Shown here: positions 50,100 to 63,430 of the stretch, in pieces
How the letters are laid out: the number at the start of each line of letters is the position of its first letter
Numbering within the stretch: position 1 is the stretch's first letter
The notes under the pieces: generated by a model
Told to the model about the DNA's origin: nothing
What the model saw: the letters and a program-made list of their open reading frames with translations, nothing else
Database searches by the model: none
Source of the DNA: Haliotis rufescens
Taxonomy: Eukaryota
DNA: 64,000 bases
NCBI RefSeq assembly: GCF_023055435.1
Contig: NW_025964112.1
Span: forward strand, 63,798,001-63,862,000
Direction: 5' to 3'
Program-made: the position numbers and the translations under genes

Positions 50100-52141
50100 C
50101 ACACATTTAAAACTAATATCCAAGGATTAGAATTGGTCTCCAGCAACGCTTGCTTATAGTTCGAGGCGACTCAACGGATCGGGTCGTCAACCTCGACGAC
50201 TTGGTTGATTTTGCGTCATCGTATTCCGACGTTGTTCATAATATCAATCACTGGGTTGTCTGGCCCACACTCGATTGTTTACAGGCCGCTGTCAGCTCGT
50301 AAAGCTTGAGTTTTGCTGTTAAACAACAAACAAGCACATTATAAAGCTAATAAACTAAAACATTTCAACAGTTTCCCCATATATACGCATGTATTTTCAG
50401 AAGTTCAAGCGATGTTAGGAAGTTCAAGTCTCCAAAAACTTTCATTACCTGGTTGCTGAAGCTGGCGATTGTGACAGCCGTGGAGGGAAAAGGCTCCCAG
50501 TGATACCTGCCCCTCATCAACCTTGGAAGTCCACACCCCAAAGCTTTGAATGAATGCTTTAAATGCTGCTTTAAAATCTTTCAGTAAAACTAAACACAAC
50601 ACAGTTGCCTATGTACCTCTGAAACAAAACAACAACAGTTGTTCAATTATCTTAATAAAAATATGATAAAAATCATAAGAATCTCTTCATTTTCCTGATA
50701 CTGCAGTAATCTAGACTTTCCAAACATTATAGACTTGCATGGGATGTGTCTGATATATTTGTATCAGCGTCGACGCATGTACCTTCAGGCATGAGCTGGA
50801 GTTTCTTGGTACATTTCATCAGAAAATTCTTACTTGCTTTGAATGTGTCATTACGCGGTGATTGCTTGACAGAGAGATGAAGTAATTTATTTACTAAGAC
50901 ATTATCATAAGACATTACACCCGAGTCCCTGTAAGAACCACACGACTGTGGATCGGAAGGCCACGCCCCGTCACATTGCTGATTGCGTGTCATCGTACCG
51001 CCTTTTGTGGTTTCCATGTTCCAGACCGCTGTGTTACAGCAGAATGCGGCGTTAAACAACATTCACACACTCCCTCTGATCCTGATGTGGACGGGGCGAC
51101 CAGCGATTTAACAATGCTGAGTGAAGCAGGGAAATGGGCATTATGTAAAATTAACAACAGTAGTAATTATCACGGCAGGGGATACCAAAATTATGCTTCA
51201 CTGTACTTGTATGTACTAAATCATTATCACAAAACGATTTCAACAAAAAGGCCGGTAAACTGTCTCAATCTCAAGTAGTTCCGCGAAGAAACAACTGGCT
51301 TCTCTCCCGTATAATGGTCGAAGTAGTTCCAAGTAAATTAAAATTCGATGTGGAGAAAAATGAATATTGTATTTTCTTGTGGTTTAATTGAAAATTGATT
51401 CATTAACAACAATATACCGTACCTCATGACGGCAATCTAGAAACAGGCCATTATCAATCTGCATCTGATTCTATGGCGGGGGCTGAAGTGAATTAAGCTT
51501 GGGTATTCTACGTTAAACAAACATGTCAATGAGACGCATGCCACCTCAAAAAGACGAACATCTTCTAATAATTCATCATGTTTGCAACGAGCTACTTATG
51601 ACAACTATCCCCAAGCCCTGTGGCAGTTACGGGATCACTATATCACATTAGAGCGTTGTGATGTATTAGGCTCTTATGGTACAATAGGAGCCCTCGGAAC
51701 GCTCAACACAGGTGAAACCAGTCTGGCCGGCTCACACCCAGTCAACATACACACAGATTCACTATCACGCCTTCAACGAAAATACTCACCAAAGTTTAGC
51801 TAAAAGGACTTTAATGGCATTTATGGATTGGTAGAGTGTTGTGGATGATGCGAGAGGACTCACAGTAATTAACATTGATTACGACAATGGTTAACAAAGT
51901 TATAGCAGTGGGAATCTGCTCGTATGGTACCTTTCATCAGCCTACTTGTGCTTGTTAGAGGGCCAATTATTGCACGCGCAATCTGTAACAATAGAGATCG
52001 ATGGCGGTATATTAATTGATAATGTCTACTTGTAGGAAATACTCATATAAAAATCTCAGCAATGTCATAAATCTCAGATAGAGTTTCAGATTGGCGAGTT
52101 TGAAACATTTAAAGTCATAGGGGCATTTGTAATATATTTTG

Positions 52142-52556
52142 ATGATGCCGAAAAAAGAAGAGGTGAGCTCCCGTACTTCCGGCCCCGAAGGCCGCAACTC
52201 TGTGGACGAGAGAGGAGATAGTGTAGAAGGAGATGAAACCACAAAATCTCATTTTTTATCCATAGATGACATCCTGAAAGATAAAAATACGGACACCGCT
52301 AGTAGTGACCGGAATGACGCCATTAATAATGACGTCGCAGAGTCATCACTGCGAATCCCGAAATCGAGCGATTCATGCGCGGACAGTTCCAGGCCGGACT
52401 TGTTTGGTTCTAGTATTCCCTCGCTGGACTACATGACATACGCCCGGCCCCCGCATTTCCTGCACTACCCCTGCACGTTAGCCCGATCCCTGGGGGTCTT
52501 CCAGTCTACATCCTGGCTGTGCCAGTCCATGTATCAGAGGCAAGCATACATAGAAG
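52142..52556 (+). CDS. Nedx: Nedx coding exon 1 (eh1-like motif)
   Basis: ATGATG start; [10 protein letters not shown]; ends GAAG|GTAACC (phase 1). Confidence 0.82.
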
Positions 52557-55500
52557 GTAACCATGTTTTTAATGTTCTTTTTTAAACGCATCCTTATTAC
52601 ATCATAGTCCCGGGTTTTTACAACCCCGTACAGTACCACGTGGACAGGCGTATCAGAGGATATTGTTTCCATGTTAAAAGTAAATAAAATGATAATGTTT
52701 ATTTATTGACAAGAAAAGTTTTAAGTTTGGATGCAATGGGGGACTTGATATACTTGTAACTTGTAGCCTTACATCTGTATATAATATATTTTGCTAACAG
52801 CAAGAAATAGTTCATAACTTCAGAATCATCGTGTTTTTCACTGACACCATACAACATAATATTCCCATAATTATCGTATTTTTGTTATGGTTATTAACTC
52901 AACAACACAACGATATCCAAAAGGGGCAAATCATTTTGGCAATAAAATAGATGATGTCTTATGGTATTTTCACGTCACAAAATTCACACTAATTACTATC
53001 CTATACATGTATCTGATTGAGGTATTCATTACACGGAATAATTAAATGTTTATTGGAATTCTTGTATTTATTTTCCTGTTGAATTCCCCCGAGTAGTTTC
53101 CATTTATCCCGATCTTCATTATGTAATGGATGTACAACATGTATGAGACAATATTTCGACGTGGCCGCAGTTGTATTATTTTTATTCCTTCAAATTAAGG
53201 AGGTAAATTAACATTTTTAGGAGGAACCATGTCCTTAAAATAAACATTTTACCCAGCAGCTTTTCTCCATGCATTAACATTCAAATGTTAATCATTTTGT
53301 AATATTTATGCCATGCCATCTAGTTTTACGTTGGTAAAACTGTCCCTTCTAATTCTGGTATGGACAACACCTGCATGTTTCCATTCTTCATCATACTTAA
53401 TACTGAAATTTAATGTGGAAAAATCTGTTTGAATGTCTCTTAGAAATGACAAGTGTAGGGCACCATTTGGCATCAAGAAAATGTCAAAATATAGATATTT
53501 TGGAATTCTGTAAACGATAATACATACCTGAAAGAGGATATTAAAGAGTGCTGAAAGAGCTAAAAATCCGTTCCGATATTTGGAGAACAAGGAATTGAAC
53601 TATTTATGGGCATTGCTTGTTACGTAAATCAGAGGGTATTTCCAGAGCTGTCCATCAAACAGTATCAGTAATCCAGGGAGAATTGTTAAAGTAGTTAATA
53701 TGATTGTTTACCTTCATTTAGAATAGCAAATCAGAATAAAAGTTGCTCGTGTCAGACTATCAAGAAATGTTGAGAATGATGGGATTAAAGCCTTAAATTG
53801 TGAAGAATCAAACAAGGCAGTTAAAATACATAATTTACTTTCTATAATTTTCGTATAAATGAAGCATTTTAATAATTTATGTAGTATCTATTTCGTTTCA
53901 CGTGAATATCGTCCGGAAGGCGAGGTTTCCGGATAACCCAGGGTTCCACTATAGTTTGGCTTTTAAAATATTTCAAGAAAGAAAATTCTAGACTTACCCA
54001 TTAGGACATGTATTTAAGCATGCTAAACTTGCTAAAGTTCTTGTTGAAATGTAATTATGATGCATCCACATTGAAAATATAAAATACACTTTATTACAAA
54101 TATATTTTAAATGTATGGAAGTCTTCTATCTTGGAAGATCATGTGGATGTACACAATGATAGTTTTGGGAATAACAAGATAGAATTAGTAAAGAGTAGAA
54201 GTTAGCGATAAATTGACATGTAAATATGAAGAATATTTCTATATTTGCATTTTTCTCTAATTCTCACAGTACTGTACCGGATCCCCGATACTGACTGCAG
54301 CCTCGATTATCCAGTATAATATGATATATGTATCTAATCATACGGAGATATATGTAACTGGTTAATCGAGGAGGGATGTCTGTAGGGTCTACTGCAGCTC
54401 AATCTATTCCAACTATTTTTGTAGACTTTCAAAACGCGTGCCTACCCATGACCGTCACAGGCCGGACGTACGTTTTGAGGTGAGGTGGGATGAAATGGGG
54501 TATAGCGTCGCGTCCAGGTGTGGCTGCTTGTACTAGTCCGGACTATTACCGATTTTACAATGCTAGCGCACTGAGATACCATGCCGCAGTTGCACATGAA
54601 TACCCAATTCAGACACAATATACTGATTTCAAGCCGACCAATCCTTGTTTTAGCCCCTTAATGCTGAATGCTCCCCGAGCGGTGGCTTTGCCACTAGGCC
54701 ACGGATGACAAGTACCGTATTAGTTTGACAATGTTGGATTTCTAAACATCAAAGTGCCTATGGTACAACGTGCTGTTTTGGGGTTAAACAATTAATTTCC
54801 GAAACGGAAAGTCCTCCAGATCAGGCAGGCTAAAGCCCCGAAAACCTGTAAACAAAAACTTGACCCATGAATGCATCACATGCCCTTCTTTCCTCAGCTC
54901 AGAGAAGCTCCCGTCGTCAGCGCAGGGTTAACATCGACCGGAAACCCCGACAGGCGTATTCAACAAAACAACTGGAGAGGCTAGAGGAAGAGTTTAAGGT
55001 AATCTCAATCTTATTAAAATCTACTGCTGCCGCTAAACAAAGATCTGAGGACATCCCATTATGGGTCACGTCACAACGACCTTTCAACCGGCCGTTCAAA
55101 GCGTCGTTTACAAGATCAGTAAGAACGTGTATTTTGTGTGCGTGCGTGCGTGCGTGCGTGCGTGGGTGCGTGTGTCAAAATCATCGTCTGTCTCTTGCTT
55201 CAGTGGGGTAAACATTTTAACGGAAGAGACTTTGCATTGCCCATGGGAAGTACTGCCATACAATCTAGGCCTTGTATTAGACATTTCAGAATGTTATTTT
55301 ACTTAGTTTTCAAATTTTGAATCGAGACTTTTTCAAAAATATTTTTCAAAGCGAAGTAGCCAAATTGAAACTAGTACCGTAAAGCTCGAGAAAGCTGCTT
55401 TCTGATAGGCTAATGTCGACTTCGTGTTAGTCATTTCATTGGTCGGTCAAAGTTCGCGAAAGGTCGTTCAAACGTGACCTGTAATGGGAGGTCCTCAGAT

Positions 55501-58500
55501 CGTTGTTTAGCGGTAGCGAGAATTAAATTCTGATTTTAATGAGTTTAAGGTAATCTCGGTGTGAGGTCTCTACAATTGCTGCTTACGCTCCAGTGCTGAA
55601 AAACAGTTTCAATAATGGAGAAGGGATACAAAGAAACAACATGCTATAACATCGACACGCTCCGTCAGTTGACGTCATGAACTAATAGCCTTTATTGCAA
55701 TGCCCGGGGACCTTAATGGAGCAGGACACACATTTGAAGTGGTATTTTCGTTCGAGACAGATTAATTTCTTCTTCTTTTATTTTACTTTATGCTTGTATT
55801 TTAAGCTCAAGTTGTAACTGCACTCCAGATGTGCTCTAACTGAACACAGACACCACGTCTTTGTATATTGAATGTGGAATCAATAAGGATGTTAATAGGT
55901 GGAAGGTAATATTCAAAGATTTATTGGGTAACTGAACGTCCAGTATCCATATATCAAGTCGGGGGTGGCCCAGTCGTCTAAGGCGCCTTTGGCTGGCCAG
56001 AAGCCTATGTTCGCGGGTTCGAATCTCGGTTTGCTCTGATTCTGTTTCTAGGTTTGTCAGCACCATACTTTTGCTCGTGGGTTTCACCACAGTGGTAAAC
56101 GACTGAGACCTGCATGAATTTAGGCTTTCCTCCCACATTAAGCTGACACGCCTTGATATAACAGGAATACTGTCAAAAGCGGTGTTAAACCCAACTCACT
56201 CACTCCCCATTGCAACATATGAATCCGTATGAATACTCCAGCTAAGAAAACAACCTTCTATTCGAGTCAGTTCGCGCTATATTTTTGTTTATTATTAATG
56301 CCAAAAGTGTCTTTGTAACTATTTAATTGTGTCGTGTAAGAAAGGTGTCAGAAACCTTCAATTGTATTTCCCTCAGTGGTACTGATTGTCCGTTACAGAC
56401 CGACCGCTACCTGAGCGTCAGCAAGAGAATCGAGCTGTCCAAACACCTGGAACTCACGGAGACCCAGATCAAAACCTGGTTCCAGAATAGGCGGTGAGTC
56501 ACAGACCAATATCATGCATACATTCTAGTATCCTCTCCCTCTGTGGCTGGAGTCACGGTTGTATATCATGCATATATACTAGTATCCTTCCTTTGTGGCT
56601 ACACGTACGGTTAGTCACGGTTGTATATCATGCATACATTCTAGTATCCTCTCCCTCTGTGGCTGGAGTCACGGTTGTATATCATGTATATATACTAGTA
56701 TCCTTCCTTTGTGGCTACACGTACGGTTAGTCACTGTTGTATATCATGCATACATTCTAGTATCCTCTCCCTCTGTGGCTGGAGTCAAGGTTGTATATCA
56801 TGCATATATACTAGTATCCTTCCTTTGTGGCTACACGTACGGTTAGTCACGGTTGTATATCATGCATACATTCTAGTATCCTCTCCCTCTGTGGCTGGAG
56901 TCACGGTTGTATATCATGCATATATACTAGTATCTTTCCTTTGTGGCTACACGTACGGTAAGTCACGGTTGTATATCATGCATACATTCTTGTATCCTCT
57001 CCCTCTGTGGCTGCATGTACGGTTAGTCACGGTTTATATCATGCATATATACTCGTATCCTCCCTATGTGGCTGCACGTACGGTTAGTCACGGTTGTATA
57101 TCATGCGTATATACTCGTATCCTCCATATGTTGCTCCACGTACGGTTAGACACGGATGTATATCATGCATATATACTATTATCCTCTCCCTCTGTGGCTG
57201 CACGTACGGTTAGTCACGATTGTATATCATGCATACATTCTAGTATCCTCTCCCTCTATGGCTGCACTTTCGGTTAGTCACGATTGTATATCATGCATAC
57301 ATTCTAGTATCCTCTCCCTCTGTGGCTGCAAGTACGGTTAGTCACGGTTTATATCATGCACATATACTCGTGTCCTCCCTATGTGGCTGCGCGTACGGTT
57401 AGTCACGGTTCTATATCATGTGTATATATTCGTATCCTCCATACGATGCTGCACGTACGGTTAGTCACGGTTGTATATCATGCATATATACTAGTATCTT
57501 CTCCCTCTGTGGCTGCACGTACGGTTAGTCACGGTTCTATATCATGCATACATTCTAGTATCCTCTCCCTATGTGGCTGCACGTACGGTTAGTCACGATT
57601 GTATATCATGCATATATACGGGTATCCTCCCTATGTAGCTGCACTTACGGTAAGTCACGGTTGTATATCATGCGTATATACTCGTATCCTCCCTACGTGG
57701 CTGCACTTTCGGTTAGTCACGGTTGTATATCATGCATATATACTAGTATCCTCTCCCTTTGTGGCTGCACTTACGGTTAGTCACGGTTGTATATCATTCA
57801 TATATATATACTCGTATCCTCCATATGTTGCTGCACTTACGGTTAGTCACGGTTGTTTATCATGCATATATACTAGTATCTTCTCCCTATGTGGCTGCAC
57901 GTACGGTTAGTCACGGTTGTATATCATGCATGTATACTAGTGTCCTCTCTATGTGGCTGCACGTACGGTTAGTCACGGTTGTATATCATGCGTATATACT
58001 CGTATCCTCCGTATGTTGCTGCACGTACGGTTAGTCACGGTTGTATATCATGCATATATACTAGTATCCTCTCCCTACTATGTTGCTGCACTTACGGTTA
58101 GTCACGGTTGTATATCATGCGTATATACTCGTACCCTCCCTATGTGGCTGCACGTACGGTTAGTCACGGTTCTATATCATGCATATATACTAGTATCCTC
58201 TCCCTACTATGTTGCTGCCCTTACGGTTAGTCACGGTTGTATATCATGCGTATATACTCGTATCCTCCCTATGTAGCTTCACGTACGGATAGTCACGCTT
58301 GTTTATCATGCATATATACTAGTATCCTTTCCCTCTGTGGCTGCACGTACGGTTAGTCACGGTTGTATATCATGCATATACACTAGTATCCTCTCACTCT
58401 CTGGCTGCACGTACGGTTAGTCACGGTTGAATATCATGCATACATTCTAGTATCCTCCCTATGTGGCTGCACGTACGGTTAGTCACGGTTGTATATCATG

Positions 58501-61428
58501 CGTATATACTCGTATCCTCCCTATGTAGCTTCACGTACGGATAGTCACGCTTGTTTATCATGCATATATACTAGTATCCTTTCCCTCTGTGGCTGCACGT
58601 ACGGTTAGTCACGGTTGTATATCATGCATATACACTAGTATCCCTCACTCTCTGGCAGCACGTACGGTTAGTCACGGTTGTATATAATGCATATATTCTA
58701 GTACCCTCTCCCTCTGTGGCTGCACATACGGTTAGTCACGGTTGTATATCATACATATATTCTAGTATCCTCTCCCTCTGTGGCTGCATGCACGTACGGT
58801 TAGTCAATGTTGTTTATCATGCATATATTCTAGTATCCTCTCCCTCTGTGGCTACACTTGCGGTTAGTCACGGTTGTATATCATGCATATATGTTATTAC
58901 CAAATAATGGGTAGGTTTCTCGGCAGGATAAAGCCAACGGATAAAAACGATACAAATAAACATGGCATCGCCCTTTCTAATTAGGCGAATTGGTCAGAAC
59001 TCACCATCGGGGATCTGGAGAACTACTGGGAATGTCTGGGATAATTGCTATCATTATCAAAGCATAGTCTAATATACTGAAAAGCAGTGTCTAACTGTGA
59101 CGTAGCAAAGGCATTTTACAAGTTTTGGCTACTTTGGAGATAACAATTGCGAAACAATTGAGCGAGAACACTATATAGCCAAGCGGGATCGGTTTCCAAC
59201 TTTCCATAGTTGTGCTTGTATACCTCTGCGGCTTGGAACCTTTCCCCCAAATTAAAACAGTTGGATTTGGCCAAAATATGTCCGAATTGTTACCTGGTTT
59301 CGTTTTGTCGCTGTGTGAACATCTGGCCGCACTTTGTAACGTTATGACAGGACAGGCAGACTATAAACAAACGTGACGTCTCATAGACTAAGGTTAGAGT
59401 AGCTTCCCTTTCATAAAGGGGAGTTACTCCGGCGGACAGACCGATGGATTGCCGCGAAAGGCAAGAAGGAACATTTTTTGAGGCAGTTGTCGTTTTGCTT
59501 ATATTTACTTACTTCAATGTACAAGAGTGAATGAGTGAGTGAGTTGGGTTTGACGCAGCTTTTAACATTATTCCAGTTATATCGCGGCGTGCCTGCTTAA
59601 TGTGGGAGGAAAGCCCGAAGCGATGCAGGTCTCTGACGTTACCACTTCGGTGAAACCAACGTGCACGGGAATGGTGGTGACAAACCTAGAAACATAATCG
59701 GGGCGTACCGGGATTTGAACCCACAATAATAGGTTTCTGGCGTGCCCAAGGGACGCAACTGCACAGCAAATGGCGGCGCCTTAGACGACTGCCCCCACCC
59801 ACCCACTGTATAAGAAACAGGTTTCAGTTTGAACTATATTGACTGTTGTCACTGTCTGACTAACACATCACTTACCTTCTGACGTAAATATATTAATGCG
59901 CACATTCCAGGAAACTTGCAATGTTAAGGTAATGATATGGGAAAAGAGTTTTCGAGGACAGAATTGAAGAATGACATTATGTGATAAAGAGGTTATCACA
60001 CTTGTGTGTTTGGGGGATCTCCACATTCTCTATCTTTGCACAAAATTTCGCTTGCTCATGAGAATAATTTGATTGGACGTCATTCCATTCCATCCGGGCT
60101 CAACATATAGCTATGCTTGTGAATGGCTCCAGGGCATTGATCATCACAGAATGAATAAATAAATACTCGACATTTCAGTTCCTACAATAAGGGATCGTAT
60201 CTACCACTGGTGAAAAAAACGAAATCTCACGCGTTCATCGGATGTAATCGTCATTCCATCTGATTTCAAATTGGCAAACCGGTGCATGAGAGCCTTTACT
60301 GTGCTAAAGCTATAAAGATATAACGGTACTTTCCATGCACTGTCCATAATACAGGCTGAGTAACTAGAGGACACTAACGATCATTTTCATATATCGAACG
60401 CCAACGACTCGGTATATCGTCAATGCGGTTATTGTGCCGGAAGCATCCATAGCAACACTATTGTATAATGAAACAATTGCAAGCGATTCCATGGCATTTG
60501 ATTGGCTAGCCAAACATTTCTTTTCGCGTTTCTGTTTCCGCCCACTCGCGGTGTACTCTTTCCTGATTGGTTGATAATAGGGTGGGTGTGACTTGGGTTG
60601 CATTATTGCCCTGAACTATGTCACTGATTACGTATTGTTTAAATAAATTGACTTAAATATTTTAAAATATTTATAAACGTTAAAACCGGTATGCACACTC
60701 TACATGAATCCGCTACCTCAATACCTGTGTAACCACTTTGTACCCCGTTTTTTTGTTAACGTTTTTACCTGAATGAATGGAAACATATTATATAGACCCG
60801 TGAAGATTCAGGTTAGAATAGGTCTTCAGAAAGCCATACTTGCCGTAAAAGGCGACTATGCTTTTCGCAAGAGGCGACTAACGGGATCAGGTAGTCAGGC
60901 CCGCTGACTTGCTTGGTGCATGTCATCGTATCCAAATTGCGTGGATCGATGCTCGTGATGTCAATCACTGGATTGTCTGGTCCAGACTCGATTATTTACA
61001 GACCGCCGTCATATAGCTGTAATATTGCTGAGGGCGGCGTTAAACAACAATCAAACATACAAAGCAAACAATATTGAAGTAGAGATACGCTGTATGTCTA
61101 CGGATTACATAACATATCTTCGTTGCGCCCTGGAATTTAATTCAACTAGCTTTTGCTGTATATGAATTCATATACAAATTATTTCGGCCAAATTACAGCT
61201 CTGGTATTTGTTAACAATGGTTCTTTAGTAAGTTTTTCAATTATTTACTGAAAAGAATGTTACTCTTTCCATCTTTTCAGGACCAAATGGAAAAAGCAGA
61301 TGGCCGCCAAACTGAAACGTGATGGCCTTCTCAGTGCGCACATGTGGCCTCCTCTGACGTCATATCCGCTACACCTTCCCCAACCAATTCACCAGCCACT
61401 ACACCCGAACTCACTGTTTCACCTTTAG
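52142..61428 (+). CDS. Nedx: ANTP-class homeobox protein of the Nedx family (Drosophila lateral muscles scarcer-like), 4 exons, about 252 aa
   Basis: Exons 52142-52556, 54898-54998, 56399-56493, 61281-61428 join in frame. Homeodomain [59 protein letters not shown]; RKPRQAY..YLSVSKR is the Nedx/lms signature as I recall it; eh1-like FLSIDDIL in exon 1. Confidence 0.88.
54898..54998 (+). CDS. Nedx: Nedx coding exon 2
   Basis: TTTCCTCAG|CT...TTTAAG|GTAATC; homeodomain N-arm and helix 1. Confidence 0.92.
55007..55540. mobile_element. Long-TIR MITE at the Nedx exon-2 donor, with a 17-bp flanking direct repeat
   Basis: About 55-bp imperfect TIRs (CCGCTAAACAA.GATCTGAGGAC.TCCCATTA..GGTCACGT...AACGACCTTTC); internal (GCGT)n; GAGTTTAAGGTAATCTC at 54990-55006 and 55541-55557. 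Confidence 0.85.
55960..56204 (+). mobile_element. SINE family C (short-head variant)
   Basis: Same body as the 39781 copy with a shorter A-B spacer. Confidence 0.87.
56399..56493 (+). CDS. Nedx: Nedx coding exon 3
   Basis: TTACAG|ACC...AGGCG|GTGAGT; [10 protein letters not shown]. Confidence 0.94.
56492..58892 (+). repeat. 54-64-bp minisatellite starting at the Nedx exon-3 donor
   Basis: Unit CGGTTAGTCACGGTTGTATATCATGCATATATACTAGTATCCTCTCCCTCTGTGGCTGCACGTA; first copy is CG|GTGAGTCAC. Confidence 0.97.
59533..59800 (-). mobile_element. SINE family C
   Basis: Reverse complement of the 39781 copy. Confidence 0.88.
60795..61068 (+). mobile_element. SINE-like family B, full length
   Basis: Same 5' end and body as the 36109 copy. 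Confidence 0.9.
61281..61428 (+). CDS. Nedx: Nedx coding exon 4
   Basis: TTTTCAG|G ACC AAA TGG AAA AAG CAG...TAG. Confidence 0.9.
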
Positions 61429-62028
61429 CGCCAAGCTAATCGGGCTGTTTGACAAGAACTCGGTGCAACATGGCTGTGTGTGTTTAGACTCATGTATTCT
61501 AAATGTAAACCTTGGGTTCTGTGTATATTGCTTGCCCGCGGTAGCTTCGTGTCTCACTAATTGTGTAGGGCATTGCTTTAAGCGCGGTAGAGCAGGCCCG
61601 TAGGAGCTCCTCCTCCTCCCCCCTCCCCTCTCCCCCCTTTACTGCTGAGTTTCTGCCGTGAAACCGAATTTAGAACCATTATTATTTTATGCATGGTCAA
61701 TTTGTTTAGATTAAATAATGTGCTTCATAGATTTGGTTTTTGACTTGGCTCTCGTGACGATTCTGAACCAGTGCCTTTGGTGACATGGGACAATGAGCCC
61801 CACTGAGCTACAAAATTGTATTTCCCAAACCACCACTCCCACCCCACCTCCTCTCCACCCCCCACTCTGAGAAACGCTCCTACGGACCCTAGCGGGAATA
61901 TGCGCCAAGCTAGGACCCCTGCCAACGAACTACAGAATCAGCTGTACTAGAACATGCCCTTTGTGTGAGACAGTCGTCGTAAGCTTATGATAATCCGAAT
62001 TTTTTTCAGTTTTGAAAATGAACACTTG

Positions 62029-62034
62029 AATAAA
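62029..62034 (+). terminator. Candidate Nedx polyadenylation signal AATAAA
   Basis: AATAAA about 600 bp after the stop codon. Confidence 0.4.
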
Positions 62035-63430
62035 ACACCATACATTGAAGCATAGTCTCACACAAGAGTCCGTAGATTCTTAAGAACACAATTCATTATG
62101 CATGGTAAACTCCTCCCCAGACGCTTTCAGCCTCACGTGCTGGAACAAGTTACGGACTTGCGTTGATAATAGTGTTATTGCTGATAACGTTATTCACGTC
62201 GGATGTGTACCTCCCAGTGGACCTCCAAACGCTTCATAATGTATTTCCGGTGGCACAATTGCAATGGAACTGATGTCGGTAAAAGCGCCATTCTTCATAA
62301 TCCAGTGTTGATATAATGGCAGCATACAATTTCCAGCCTGATACAATGACAAGTCGTCATAAAGCCTTGAACATGACGAGGCATATTTTGATTGCTCGTT
62401 TATAAAGCTTTCATTGCTCTGACATTTCTTGCTTTTTTAACTGGGTCTGGTCTAGAGTTTAATGTCAACAGGTATTGCGCAAACGGCATCCCGTCCCGCA
62501 CTATAAGGAAACAAGCTTCCCTGCCCGTCCCCCGGGGACTGGACGGATGCAGGGAGGCGAACCTGACTGTACATACTCCCTCATCAAGGATTCTGTATGC
62601 AGAAACACTACCACAGCCTCAGTATATACACGGACTGTGGTTGTTATAACGGGGTAATGTACGGGCAGTATATTGAGTCACAGCTCGCTTTAGGTCGTCT
62701 CATTTACCTGGCTCCTCTCAATCGATAGTTTTTTCGCGTTTTAGCGAATTCTCCAGTTGGCGTACAGACGAAGGAGCAGGGCCTGTGTATTGAGGTTTTG
62801 ATCCTGCAGTCAACTGAGGTCAAAGTTAACCAGACTAGATGAACTCACTAGTGGCGCGAATTGTTGTTTGGAGCGTTGGCTTGTCATACCGTTAACCTGA
62901 GTTCTATTCCCGCATGCAAACATTGCAGGAACACCGGTGAGGTGTCGTTGGAGCAGCTGTAAAAACGTAAAGCCGGACACTCACTCACTCACTCGACCAC
63001 CCGCTCACTCAACCTACTCACTCACTCAATCGACCCACTCACTCACTCACTCTAAGGCAACAGGACGTTTACTTCCACTACACTACCGGGCAAACTTAAG
63101 TATACCTGAGTTTGGATCTAACGGTCGGGATTCGATAGTACAACGGGTGATACGTTCTTTCCACTAGTTCTCAGTATGTTGTAACGACAACCATCGGGAG
63201 AGTAGATTCTAAGCCTATGTCCTACAGGGTCTTTTACTTACAAAGACTACACATGACGGCTTACAGTCCGTAGTTCATATGCATGCGCTGAGGTAGTGAG
63301 TTATCTGGGTTTAACTCCGCTTTGAACAGTGTTTCAGTTACATTACGGTATGTCAACGTAATGTGAGACGAAAGCCCATAGCGATCCACATCGGAAATGT
63401 TTACTTATTTCTGACACATACGGATGGAGC

